Source: Octopus vulgaris (taxonomy: Eukaryota). From it: a DNA stretch of 64,000 nt. Every line of letters starts with the position of its first letter. The first letter of the stretch is position 1. Shown one piece after another: positions 23,379 to 39,030 of the stretch. The notes beneath the pieces are model-generated. The model was given only the letters and a program-made list of their open reading frames with translations. It made no database searches and was not told the DNA's origin. The stretch is taken from assembly GCA_951406725.2 (NCBI GenBank), contig OX597827.1, forward strand, positions 39,432,001 to 39,496,000. Reading direction: 5' to 3'. The translations under genes and the position numbers were made by a program.

Positions 23379-24744
23379 ATGACATCAGAGCACGATTAGA
23401 GCTACGAAAATGTCACGACAAATAGGTGTTACGATTAATTCAAATACAAAAATAATATTTGAAGTAATTAAATATTTTAAGTCGCTTATTTAACTGATAA
23501 CACATGGCTTGCACACAATTACAACGCAACTTAAATCATGGCATTGTATGAATGTTAAAAGAAATCACGTTTTATTCGATGTTTTAAATAAAACAATGAA
23601 ACAAAACAACAACAAAAAAGACTTAAATCGGTCATTTGCAGAAGTTTTCCTGTGACTTTTTCCTTATAACATTTTTCTTGGATTCTCAAGCACGTACACA
23701 CACACACACACACACACACACAAGCTTATGTGCATTCGTGCGTATATGAAACAACGTATGTGCGTGTTCAAGATTTCACACTCAAGTGGGTTTAATATAT
23801 GTAAAGTTGTTAATGTACATGTGTGTGTGTATATTTATGCAGCTATAATATGTATGATGTCTATGTAAATATGCATGCATTTATGAATTAATGGTTCGAC
23901 ACCTCTCACTCACAATACCTTAATCACATTTTAGTGATGTTCACTCAAATATAACTGCAGAGTCAGTGTTCGATGTGTGTGCGTATGTGCACGTTTTTGT
24001 GTGTTTAAAGTTTTCACAAGTCAAAATATAGGCACTAATATATTAGGTAATGGTAATAGTAGTAATAATAATAATAATAATAGAATATATTATTATTATT
24101 GACATAATATCATAGTCTCTATGTAAGTTATTACCGAATGGTTTCATACCAAATATGGAGAGGCAAATTTAGCAATCATCGGACATGACTGAAATCAGCA
24201 GTCATGAGACAATAAAAATTACATAAATAATGACCATAATATACCACCCTAATTGCCTAATGTATGAGTGCCTTTTTCCTGACTCATGAAAATGTGTTGA
24301 ACACCACACACACACATACTAGGACAATCCATGTTATATAAATATTATATTTCTATTTTGGTGAATAATCATAAATCTTCACAATCCAATGTTTCATAAT
24401 GTCTTCGATTTTGTTGTAAATTCGAAGTTGTCCCATTATGTTATGCTTTCAGCCAGCTTTTAAGTATGGAACGAAATGAATGACATAATTGAAATGTTAA
24501 TCGTGATGAAATAAGATCGAGAGTTATTCTTTCAACAATATCAACTATTTCAGTTAACGTTATCGATTCCGTTCCATAGTTTTAACACTCGAACATATAC
24601 CGTGATAAGAAGAATAATATTACAAATACACGTGTGTGTGTGTGTGTGTGTGTATAAATCCATCCATACATATAAACATACATACACAAACACACACATG
24701 TATGCATGTATGTATGTATGTATATATATATATATGTATATATG

Positions 24745-24775
<31 letters not shown>

Positions 24776-24778
24776 GTA

Positions 24779-24845
<67 letters not shown>

Positions 24846-25810
24846 TATATAACTCCAAGAACGTATTTGCGTAAAGAGGTACGAAGTAATTAACCAATAG
24901 CAAGGCGTCAATGTGTGGACACGAAACCGGAAATTCTTTGAAATTATTTTTATTCCTGCACAGTTCTTGCCGTTTCCTCTCCTTCCAATTCCCAATACAA
25001 TGTCTGCCATATGTAACACATCACAAGTAAAACAAAATTAACGGAACAACAACTGAAAAAAGGGGAAAATAAAAACACGTTTTCAAGGCAACAATTATGG
25101 AATACAAGTGGAATTTTTGTATGGATATTGGTCTGGAAAGTGGCACTCGTTTGTGCAGTAATGAAACCTAATTGAAATGGCTGGAGCGTTAAGTTCTAAT
25201 GATTAATTTTCATATATTTACGAATCCACCCAATTACTGTTGTTTAATAATTAAATGATGATTTTAGCCTTGGATTAACTGAAAGCAAAACACGTTAGAC
25301 TATACTTCTAATTAGCTACAAATATTTTTTTTCTCTCTATTCTAAATAGCTTATGTAGATAGATATATGAAATAGCAAACTCAATTACTGGATAATTTCA
25401 AATTGACATATTTTCACTGTAAAGAAGATAAAAAGGAACTAAACAAGCATAGATGGATGGGTGAATGAAATCGACATCAGTAAATTACTGATTGTTGTTC
25501 TTGTTGAGCCCCAAGTCAGCTGTTATTGAGTAGATCTACGATTAAAGACGTTCTATCTATCTTTATTCATACATCATTTTTGTCCATCGGAGTGATGATG
25601 ATCATCTAGTCATCGTTAAGGATGACTGATGACTTGAGTGGTGACTGTTTAAAATAAAGAGTTGCACACCGTCAACCTCATTCTCTTGTCCGCGACAGAG
25701 AGAGAGAGAGAGAGAGAAAGAGAGAGGGAAGGAGACTTGGTCTTGTCATATCCAATCCAGTGACAAGGTCAGATCAAGACGACAGATGATGAAGACGGAT
25801 GCAGTGGATG

Positions 25811-25959
25811 CACTAGCGTAGCTAGAGTGTGTCCCGCTTGTGACAGCTCTTCAGTTTGCTGCCCCCAGACCCCCACAAAAACACATATTGCCTTCAGCAG
25901 ACCCTAAAGTGCCACTCCTTTAAAAGTGCCGCCCGGGGCGGACCCCTGCTACGCTGGTG
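25811..25959. mobile_element. Small hAT-like MITE
   Basis: TIR cactagcgtagc / gctacgctggtg; degenerate 8-bp TSD agtggatg / tgtggata. Confidence 0.6.
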
Positions 25960-27094
25960 TGTGGATAACCAGGGTGTCATACTCGGCTCATCTCGATATT
26001 GTTGAATTTCTTCCGATCTGATGATCTAATAGCGCAACTCAGTCTATGCTGTTGACAGTACTTTAGTTAAAGTACGGCTTTAAATCTGCCAAGAGTTACT
26101 TCTTTTCAGTATTTCCCATTGATGACAGTTAAAGACGTAGAAACGCTGCATATGGGGATTCCGACAGGGGGCGACAGTGGGCAGATATTCATCTGAACAA
26201 GGTGTCCTGGTTAACGTAAACGGTGCTTGTGCACCGTCATCTCAATGCTCAAGACGTCGGCTCTCAGGACCTCTGTGTCTGGAGTCCATAAAGAGCAGCC
26301 AACATTCAGAATGTGTCTCAGACATCTCCGATTGAAGTGTTCAAGAACCCATTTTTCTTTCTCTCTTTCCCTTGCACACACACACACACTTTTTGATTAG
26401 CTGTGTACCGCGCGTATGTACTGACGTCGCTCTTTTAGCTATGTTTGACATGGATCGTTTACAGGCGTCATGTAAATGCCCTTGAACACTTCCATTAGAT
26501 ATATACATATATTACACACATACAGACACATATATGCATATACAGTCCCTCTCTCTCTCCCTCTCCCCCTCTCTCTCTCTATATATATGTGTGTGTGTGT
26601 GTGTGTGCTCTCGTATATACCTACTCTACGAATGAGTATATTAGTCAAAGTATACTGTATTATAGATCCATTTCAGCTGATCTTACCGATCGGTTTTGCA
26701 TTAAATGTTAGATAATGTAAACACACACTCACTTGTATACAAATACACAGATAGGCTTATGCAGATTCACTTGTTTGTAACCCCATTGGCAATTACACAC
26801 ATGAATATAGAGATTCACTTGTATAGATACTCTCATAAAAAAAGAACACACACACACAGTGTACTGTTCTATGCTGGTAAGATCAACAACAAAAAAGTAC
26901 TCCATCTGGTAAGAGATAATATTATTCAATAAACACAATAAATGTTTTTTATGCTACTATTAGTTTTCTGCGGTGAAAGCATCTCTGACAGTATTTTTTT
27001 AAAACACGTCTGGTGACCCCAGATGTGTTACTGTCTGAGATGCTTTTATCGCATGAAACTAAGTGACACACAAAAGCATATTTTTTTGTTCCTT

Positions 27095-27331
27095 CTCGAG
27101 CCACGCCTGACTCATAGGGCGTATATGTTCCCCACCTGGACGGGACGCCGGTGAGCTGCAAGAGGAAAGAGTGAGAGAAATTTTTGGTGAAAGAATCAGC
27201 AGAGGTTCACCATTACCTTTTGCCGCATGGAACTTAGGTGTTTCGCTCATAAACACACACATCGCCCAGTCTGAGATTCGAACCCGCGATCCCTCGACCG
27301 CTGCTCTAACCACTAGGCCATGTGCCTCCAC
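27095..27331 (-). mobile_element. tRNA-derived SINE family B
   Basis: gttttcgctcataaacacacac...gattcgaacccgcg...taaccactaggcca. Confidence 0.75.
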
Positions 27332-28714
27332 ATAAAAACAGTTTTTATTGAATAATACACACACACACATACACATATTCGGTCAACACTCTTAGCAGTA
27401 GAATTCTGCGTTCTTCAATGTACAAGAACAATGCACATTTTTCGATTACCACGGCTTGGCGGCAGAACAGAAGCCTGTTTCCCATCTAGAATATTGTTCC
27501 GTCATTCAAACATGTACTAGCGACAAGAAGAAAATATATTCCCATTCTGTATTTTGTATGGAATAAAACAATTTGTACCAATTTATTTTGTGTTTCGTCT
27601 TCTACATTGACAGACTCTACTTTTATTTCATTTTTCATATATCATAACCCCAGCCAAAGAGAGACATGAATGTTGCGAATAATGTTGAATTTATTCTTAA
27701 CCGAGCATAAGGTTTCTATATAATTAGATTGACCTGGTACTTATTTTATCGACCATGGAAAGAAAAATGTCAAGTCGACCCAGGAGGGATTTGAACTCAG
27801 AATGCAAGGAATTGTAACTAAATTCAGCATCCACAGCATGACAGGAACAATCTCCTCATCCACAGCATGACAAGAAGATAACTCTCCCCTCCACCTTGGC
27901 TGAATAAACAGGATAAAGAAGATAGGTGATAGAGAAAGTAAATCATTTTAACTACGTATACCGCACGATTTGCCGCCAGCATAATATCTATCCGTATACT
28001 AGTTAAAATAATTATTGATCTTTCACACCGGCATAAGGAAATCAATTTCTGAAAAAGAGTCGGGGTATGAATTGACGGATGTTACGACTAGAGAACATGT
28101 CTACTATTTAGTTAATCATCCATTGAAGGATAAATAACAAAACCAATCTCAACAAGGTTTGAACTCAGAATATAAAGGGACGTAACTTAATACAATACAG
28201 CTTTAGTGAGACGTTCTACTGTTTACCGACTGGCTAAATTATTTATTGCAGGGTATTGCAATATGCTGAGTCATTCATTTGTAATTGCTTCTGTAGTTCA
28301 GGAAAAAAAAATCCCCAGCTTGTGACTAATTCAAGAAATGGAATATATATATATACATATGCCTACATGCCTATACATATATACATGCATGCATACATGC
28401 ATACATACATGCATGCATGCATACATACAGGCATACATACGTACTACGTACATACATACATACAGGTAGACAGGCAGATACAGGTAAACAGGCAGATAAA
28501 AAGTCCCCAACTTGTGACTAATTCAAGAAATTGAATACATATAAATACATATGCCTACATGTTTATACATATATACATGCATACATACATGCATGTATAC
28601 ATACATACATACATGCATACATACATACGTACGTACATACATGCATAGAGGTAGACAGGCAGATAGACAAAAAGATAGGTAGATAAACAGACAGACAGAT
28701 AGACAGACAAAAAT

Positions 28715-28746
<32 letters not shown>

Positions 28747-28759
28747 GTATGTATGTATC

Positions 28760-28953
28760 TTTTATCTTTTGTTTCAGTCAATTAGACTGCGGCCATGCTC
28801 CGGCACAGCTACGAAGGGTTTTAGTCAATGAATCGATCCCAGTGCTAATTCTATCGATCTCTTTTTGCCAAACCGCAAGTTTACGAGGAAGTATACAAAC
28901 CAACACCGGCTGTCAAGCAGCAGTGGGAGACAAGCATAGATATTATACGTGTG

Positions 28954-28991
<38 letters not shown>

Positions 28992-29150
28992 CGGGTTTCC
29001 TTCGGTTTTCCTTCTACCAAATCCACTCACACGGCTTTGGTCAGCTCGGAGCTATAGTAGAAGACACTTGCCTAATGTGCCACGCGGTGGGACTGAACGT
29101 GCAACCATATAGTTGGGAAGCAAGCTTCTTATCACAACAGCTACAGCCAT
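28760..29150 (-). mobile_element. SINE family C with internal (TA)n
   Basis: ctaccaaatccactcac...gctatagtagaagacacttgcc...gggaagcaagcttctta; tail tgtttcagtca...ggccatgct. Confidence 0.75.
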
Positions 29151-29241
29151 ACCGGCACACGCGCGTGCACACACACATACACACACATGCACGTACGCAC
29201 GCACACCTACACATACATATACACACACATATAGTGGTTAC

Positions 29242-29379
29242 CAGGGGCGAACTGAGAGTATTAAAGGCCCTCGGGCCCTTAGCGTTGATATTAGTAGAGT
29301 TAACGTGTAGAGTGCGGGCCTCTCGAAGCTCCGGGTCCTCGGGCAGTGTTCGATTGACCGACGGCTCAGTCCGCCCCTG
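29242..29379. mobile_element. 138-bp hAT-type MITE with 8-bp TSD gtggttac
   Basis: TIR caggggcgaactgag / ctcagtccgcccctg; TSD at 29234-29241 and 29380-29387. Confidence 0.88.
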
Positions 29380-29486
29380 GTGGTTACATATGTAACCACT
29401 GTATGAATATATTTTAAATAAATACATATAAAGATATAGGCATATTGTATTATAGTATGTTATATATATATATATATATATATATA

Positions 29487-29879
29487 TCTTTATATATAAA
29501 AGTAAGGTTGTGTGTCTGTCTGCTACGAATTAGATTCCTAACTACTCCCACATTTTGCTGTGCAGTTTAACCAAAACCGGGTATCTTATAGTCGTGATTC
29601 ATATCGAGCCCTTCTGGGTATTAGCGCGCGTCTACGATGAGTCTACGATTTAAAAAAAAATTTACCATAATTTTTTTCCATTTTAATACATTTTTCGCTA
29701 TTATATAAGGGAAGTAACTCTCTAAAAATGTCTACGATGAGTCAACGATTTAAAAAAAAATTTACCATCATTTTTTTCCATTTTTAATGCATTTTTTTGC
29801 TATTTTTGGGCTATAACTCAAAAAATGCTTATATAGTTATTTCCCTTACAAACCCGAGCAACACCGGGCGATACTGCTA

Positions 29880-29880
<1 letters not shown>
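29487..29880 (+). mobile_element. Non-autonomous Helitron inserted in (TA)n
   Basis: Starts TC, ends CTAG, lies between A and T, subterminal hairpin cccgagcaacaccggg, internal ~100-bp tandem duplication (tctacgatgagtc x2). Related 3' ends at 14166-14193 and ~35845-35872. Confidence 0.85.
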
Positions 29881-29943
<63 letters not shown>

Positions 29944-30356
29944 GATATATAATATATGATGTATACATTAGACATATATATGCCTATGGTACATCACACA
30001 CATACGTGCATATACCCACTTGACGCACCCCAATGACGCTTTTAATCTATAATCTGAACCGGATAAAGCTTCATGAATTAATGTTTATCTTAAATAATAA
30101 GTCGCAATATCTGTAACGGCGACATTAACAACTAAACCATCTGAAACTGATACCCTGCTGTGCATAAGAAACTGAAAGTAATAATTGTTTTCTTAGAAAA
30201 CGTACTGTCTCGAAAATGCCAGAAAGGAATACATTTATGTGGTTCTGCGTTTTCACTTTAAGAAAAATTGGTTGTTTTTGTGATACGGCATAATGAACAT
30301 TTTGGATGAGTTTCAGAATATTCTTTCTCAGTTGTCCGTTGCGGACATACGAATAG

Positions 30357-30437
<81 letters not shown>

Positions 30438-30534
30438 CGTGCGTGCGCGCGCGTGTCTGTAAGAGGCGGGTTCAACCGGTATACTGGTCTAGGTCCGTGA
30501 GCGCCAAGGAAGTGCCCTGCCCATAACTAACCGA

Positions 30535-30575
<41 letters not shown>

Positions 30576-31126
30576 CCTGATGGCCACCTTCACTTTTGAG
30601 GGTACTCTGATCCGTGGGGTGGGGTTCGAAAGGTGTCTTGTTGCGCCGTGCCAAATTTCGCTGGTCGGTCCTACATACATGCACACGTTCATTCATTCAT
30701 ACATACATACATACATACATACATACATACATACATACAGAGATAGATAGACTGAGCGATATATAGACAGGTAGATTAACAATAATAAATGAAATACATG
30801 AGAACATCTACATACATTATACCGATTTACACATTTCATACACAAGCACTCACGGTGTAAAGTAAACAATTCAATAGAACGAATATCAATTTTATTGTGA
30901 GTGTTGGGATATTCAATACCTCTCGGAGATTAGTGGTGGATTTTCTGTCGCATTCGACAATGAACATACAGTTGCATAATTCCACAGAGTAGAATTAAAA
31001 CGGGGAGCGGCCGAGTAATTCTAGAAACACGTGTTCTCTAGACGCAGTTCTTCTTGTTATAGAATGTGACGACAAAGCTGTACTTCCGAATCGAAGAAAT
31101 ACAATTCTAAGAGAGAAAGTTGGGAA

Positions 31127-31193
31127 AGAAGAAGAAGAAGAAGAAGAAGAAGAAGAAGAAGAAGAAGAAGAAGAAGAAGAAGAAGAAGAAGAA

Positions 31194-31244
<51 letters not shown>

Positions 31245-31268
31245 CAACAACAACAGGAGGAGGAGGAG
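31127..31268. repeat. (GAA)n trinucleotide tract
   Basis: Read directly. Confidence 0.95.
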
Positions 31269-31627
31269 TTGGAATCGAGCCCAATGTTCCAGGAGTACGA
31301 AAGGATGAAAAAGCCAAAATTGTGATCGGCGAGATTTGAACTCACAAATATATGTATATAAATATCTGTGTGTGTGTGGTGTGAGTGTGTAATATATGCA
31401 TATATATTTGCGGGTGTATGCATAAGATGTATTATCATTATAATTCATATTTTTTTTTATTGTTCAAAGACACATTGCGCCAAAAGTAAGCAATGTGCAC
31501 GTTACCCACATGCAGAAATCAAGAACCGCACACACACATATACACACACGCACACACACACATTACAAAACCGTACATGTGTGTTTGACAAGTTCATGCA
31601 CGAAACTCAATATCTTAGGTTTTGTTG

Positions 31628-33430
<1,803 letters not shown>

Positions 33431-33854
33431 TACATGTTTATATACAAATGCACACATACACACACAAGCTGCAATCACAAACACTTTACATACAACTGTG
33501 CGTGTGTACACATGTGCGCATATAATATATTCATATATTACACGTGTGTATGTATTTCTGTATATGTATGTGTATGTGTGTACGTTGACTGCAGCCCTAG
33601 TACTTATTTCTGATTTAGACATATTTTATCAATATCTCTTTATCGAACCGCTAACCTATGAGTCAAAAAGAACCTGAATAAGAACAAGGATGCAAATATA
33701 CATGCATAATACGCATAATAATTCCTTCGACCGAATTCTACGCATAAAGAATTTGTCCACTTGTGTAAGGTAGCGGCGTAGTGACATCGAACTTGGAACT
33801 ACGCGTTGGCAATGCGAAGTTCTTAATCATCACATCGCTTTGCCAACGCACTCA

Positions 33855-33917
<63 letters not shown>

Positions 33918-33978
33918 GCATACCTACACTTGTGTCGCCCGCACTCTGTAGGAATACATAAAAAATATATATAATTGT

Positions 33979-34027
<49 letters not shown>

Positions 34028-34068
34028 GAGAGAGATAGACAGACAGACTGACAGATAGATAGACAGAC

Positions 34069-34132
<64 letters not shown>

Positions 34133-35252
34133 CACTGATGCATACAAACACACATATATACGTATTTTATATTCTATATAACAACAGAGAGTAATTAGTC
34201 GGAAGTCTGTTGGTGACTGAATATATTATGCAATGAAGCTTTTGCACGCTTCGACTCTTTTTTATAGATCTTCCTCACCCCCTCTTTCTCTCACCACTTT
34301 ATACCTTCTCTCTTTTCTTCTTCTCGTGTTTGTCTTCAGTGTCTGTTTAACTCTTTTATTCCTGTTGCATTCCTCTCTACTTTTGTCTCTTATTTTCTGT
34401 CAGTCATTCCTCTTATCTACTCTCTCATTCTTTCTCTTTCTCGTGCTCTCTCTCTCTGTTTCTTTCTCATTCTTTGTCTTTCTTTCTCTCTCATTCTCTC
34501 ATGCTTTCTTTCCTTCTCTCTTTCCCCTCTCTCTTTCGCTGTCTTTCTAACCACTATCACCAGTTTTTTTTTAAACGCACCAATATTCGTTCCCTTTCTT
34601 TCCATACTTTCTTTTCACTCTCTCTCTCTCTCTCTCTCTCTCCATCTTCTCTCACTTAATCTTCCTAGCTTTAGCAGTCTTTTATTAAGATGTACCGATA
34701 TTCAGTCTACCTCCTTCCATATTGTGTTTTACTCTCTCTCTCTCTCTCTCTCTTTCCCTCACTATCCCCATTCCCGCTCCCACCTTCTCTCTGTTTCTCA
34801 CGCTGTCTCTCTACATTTCTCCGCCTTAAAACATCATGCTTTTTCTCTCACCTACCTCATTCTTTCTCTTATTTTACCTATTATTGCCTGCATTGTCTTA
34901 TTGTCTCTGACAATTTTTCTGTTTTTAATTCAACGAACTCTTTTTTTTTTTTACTCACATTGCTATTCCCGCCCTTCTGAAACTCTCTCGAATTCTGTCT
35001 CAGTCTAATCAGTATTTACTCTCTCTCTTTCTCTATCTCTCTTTTACCTTCTTACTCCCTTTCTCTCCATCTTTCTCTCACACTCTTTTACTTTATCTTC
35101 CACTCTTAGTCCCTACTCCCACGTCCTTCCTTAAAGAATATTTGTCCCATTCGGTCACAATAACCTCCAGCTGTATTATTTTACCTCTGACTAATACTTC
35201 CTACAAACGGCCCCCTATCTAAATCATTTATGTCTGGTTCCATTTATATTTT

Positions 35253-35323
<71 letters not shown>

Positions 35324-36007
35324 GACAGTGTAATAGCAGAGAAAGTAGTGCTAGTCTCGATTCAGTCCACTCTACTGCCACCTATATTTTGTGGGGTTAT
35401 GCCAAAGTCAGAGATCTCTCTCTCTCTCACACACACACAGGGGAGGACAACATGAGTAATTTCTTTCTGGTTATTTTTTTTCCCTACCTGTTTGAAACCA
35501 TTACATTGCATGTATTGCATCATCGTTTTGCAGTGTTGCATCATCTTTAGGAATAAAATTTGGTCAGCTTAGTTGTTACTGTAGTTGAGAGAGTTTGAAA
35601 CAGTTTTCAAGGAATTTTGCCTCAGCTTTGACCCGGTAGTAATTGAGGTTTCTAATAAAATATCTGGATAATTTTGGGTGTTTAACAATCAATATCCTTT
35701 CCTCTGTTGGATTCCTAGTCAATTTTTTTTCCCCATACTAATGTCTAATTTGAACGTTTTCAACTTTCAGAAAATGATGTCTAAAATGGGATAAAATGAG
35801 TAATGACTATACAAATAACATAATGTGATTGTAGATCATAACATCTGGGCAACGCCGGGGTGCATTGATAGTTAAACATACATGTATATATATGTGTTTT
35901 CCTTACCCGCTTGCTCACCCAATAAAAATTTGTCTATTCAATTACTCTCTCCTTTATCACACTCTCATAGCAATACAATAATCCCTCAACAATCGGGGGT
36001 TTTGGTA

Positions 36008-36168
36008 CCTTATAATTTAACACACTCACCGGTAAAATTTCCACTTATTTCTTATTTTTATTTTCCTAAAATTTTCGTTACTTCTTGCAACCTTTTCAAT
36101 AGTCTTGACTCTGTCTGTTAGTTACACTGTGTTCCTTTGTGTTTGTTTGTGTGCATGTGTGTAGGTCA
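36008..36168 (-). repeat. pLTR-like repeat carrying an HHR; inverted copy at 42794-42953
   Basis: Alignable along its whole length to the reverse complement of 42794-42953. Confidence 0.8.
36066..36102 (-). ncRNA. Minimal hammerhead, U3-A8 variant
   Basis: Minus strand: cua UUGAAAA G guugc aagaa guaac GAAAA UUU uag; one mismatch in stem II. Confidence 0.65.
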
Positions 36169-37246
36169 TAAATAACAGAGATGAAATTTTATTCAACAAT
36201 AAGAAAATTCTAATATCATGACAAACTGTGTGTGAGTCCATGTCTTTATATATATATATAACACACACACAAGCAAACACTGAGTATGAGTGCAAGTAAG
36301 AGAGAGAGGTAGAGAAAGAAAGAGAGAGAGAGAGAGAGAAGAAGAGAGAACCCTCAACTTGCCATATATCTTATCCATTTTTAATCATACTCTTCTCTCC
36401 AATTCTATCATACTTTGATTTTTATCTTTTCGCTTACATTTTTTTCTCCCCTTTCCAGTCAGTTTCAATTTACAGGAATTTTCCAAGGAGTTAAAAAAAA
36501 AACCTAGCTTTTTACCCCCAAATCAGCCTGTATGTATTAAATGATGCATAAAAAATAAAACAGTATGTGCAAAACCTTTCTGTTTTGAAATACCCACTTT
36601 TATTAATTTATCTATTTATTTTTCTATTTATTTATTTATTTATTTACTTATTTATTTATTTATTCATTTATTTTAGATCTTCTCTTTTTACATTATTCTT
36701 TAATTTTTGTTCTTTTATCATCAATTTACATCTTTAAAAGCAGAAACAGCTACTCATTGCAAAGTATTTTCTTGAATACTTTATCAATGGGTAGTGGTGT
36801 AGTTGTGTAGTCAAGAAGCTCGCTTTGAACCATGTGGTTTTAGGTTCAGTTCCACTGCATGACACCTCTGGCAAATGTCCAGACTGACCAAAGCCTTGAG
36901 TTGATTTGGCAAATGAAAACAGAATGGAAGATTATCATATGTATGTAAGTAAATACATACATAAATTATGGTAACACTGTATTGACCAGACTTCTGGAAA
37001 TTATACATTGCTGGTCACAATGCACTTTACATTGTTTTAGCTATTGATTGATGCCACCCTGCTGGCTAGGCAAGCAAGCCAACGTTCCCCACTTATTGGA
37101 AGGCTAGTCCAATGCAGGGTGGACTACAGCAATGGAAAATGAAGTGTTTTGCTCAAGGTCACAATGTATCACCCAGTCCAGGAATTGAACCCATGATCTA
37201 GCAATCAGGAGTGTAACACCCTAACCACTTGGCTATGTGCCTTCAT

Positions 37247-37303
<57 letters not shown>

Positions 37304-37474
37304 CATAAATATAGACGGAAGCGCGGCTGTGTGATAAGAAGCTTGCTTCCCAACCACATGGTTCCAGGTTCAGTCCCACAGCATAGTTTTTGTGCAAGCA
37401 TCTTCTACTATAGCCTTGGACTGACTAAAACCTTGTGAATGGATTTGGTACATGGAAACTGAAAGAAGCCCATA

Positions 37475-37522
<48 letters not shown>

Positions 37523-37611
37523 CAGTCCTATATTTAAGAGATGAGGAATTATGTACATTATTTACATTATTTACATTTGACTGATATTTATCCTCATCTT
37601 GTTTGTTGTTT

Positions 37612-37655
37612 ACACAACGTTTCAGCTGATATACCCTCCAGCTTTCATCAGGTGT
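37612..37655 (-). ncRNA. Minimal hammerhead ribozyme, intact core
   Basis: Minus strand: acac CUGAUGA A agcug gaggguauau cagcu GAAAC GUU gugu; palindromic stem III AACGUU. Confidence 0.88.
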
Positions 37656-37719
37656 CTTGGGGAAATTTCGAACCTAGATTCTCATTCCTATGATATTTTT
37701 CAATGTTATCATCATCATC

Positions 37720-37761
<42 letters not shown>

Positions 37762-37918
37762 ATACTGCCTGGAATCGAACTCGGAATCTTGGGGTTAGTA
37801 GCCTGCACTCTTAACCACTATGCCATGTGCTCGTGGGCATATGGCATAGTGGTTAATAATAATAATAACATCAAAAGATACCTTAGGAATGAGAACCCAG
37901 GTTTGAAATTTCCCCAAG

Positions 37919-37962
37919 ACACCTGATGAAGGCTGGAGAGTATATCAGCCGAAACATTTTGT
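37919..37962 (+). ncRNA. Minimal hammerhead ribozyme, decayed at stem III/I
   Basis: acac CUGAUGA A ggcug gagaguauau cagcc GAAAC AUU uugu. Confidence 0.8.
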
Positions 37963-38018
37963 AAACAACAAACAAGATGAGGACAAATATCCGTCAAATG
38001 TAAATAATGTAAATAATG

Positions 38019-38067
<49 letters not shown>

Positions 38068-38414
38068 TATATATATATGTGTGTGTGTGCCTTTGTGTCT
38101 GTGTCCACCTCTATCATTGCTTAACAACCAGTGTTGGTGTGTTTGCATCTCTACAACTTAGCAGTTCAGCAAAAGCGATCGATAGAATAAGTACCAGACT
38201 TAAAAAATAAATACTGGGGTCGATTCATTGGACAAAAAAATTGAAACTGGTGCCCCAGCATGGCCTCAGTCTAATGACTGAAACAAGTAAAAGGTAAAAG
38301 ACGTGTGTAAGTATGTGGGCATGTGTGTACGTCTGTGTGCACATGTGTGTGTAAGTGTGTCTGTGTACATGTTTGTGTGTGTGTGTGCGTGCGCACATGT
38401 TTGTGTGTGTGTGT

Positions 38415-38447
<33 letters not shown>

Positions 38448-38599
38448 CGTTCAGCTTACAGGTTTCACAAATTTTACATATGTCAAATACACTTACTCAC
38501 CAGTAACTGTACTATAGGATCTTAATTGTAATATTCTTTAATAATTACTTTGGTAAATCATAAAAGTAGGTATAATTCTGACTGAAGAGTCAGCTGAAA

Positions 38600-38891
38600 T
38601 GATGCGAAGATGAAGAAGATAATGATGATAATGATCACGATATTATGATGTTGGTGCTGTTGATGATGGGTAGGGTAAAGATGATGATGATGATGATGTT
38701 GGTGGCGACAACAGCAATGATAACTGCAATGGAAATGATGATGATGATGACAATGGTGGTATCAGTAGTAATGATGGTGGTGGTGGTAGTGGTGGTGGTG
38801 TGGGTGGTGGCGGTGGTTGTGGTGGTGGTAGTTGATGGTGTTGATGGTTGTAGTAGTGTTGGTTGTGGTCATGGTAGTGAGGTAGTTGCGG

Positions 38892-38928
<37 letters not shown>

Positions 38929-39030
38929 TAGCTGTATTGATAATGATGGTGTGATGATGGTGCTGTTGATGATGGTAACTGTGGTGATGGTGATTGTAGC
39001 TGTGATGATGATGATGATGGAGCTGATGAA
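38600..39030. repeat. (GAT)/(GGT) low-complexity tract
   Basis: Read directly. Confidence 0.9.

Larger units (their letters stand above)
37522..38020. mobile_element. Fold-back pLTR-like unit with two inverted hammerheads
   Basis: Arms ~37556-37705 and ~37867-38019 are inverted repeats; (TA)n on both sides. Confidence 0.85.
37318..38300 (+). mobile_element. SINE family C interrupted in its internal (TA)n by an HHR fold-back unit
   Basis: Head 37318-37475, tail 38090-38300, same two-part layout as the uninterrupted copy at 60400-60890. Confidence 0.75.

Noticed and set aside
38578-38605. CTGAAGA gtcagct GAAAT as a hammerhead
   Set aside because: No convincing stem II, stem I or NUH.
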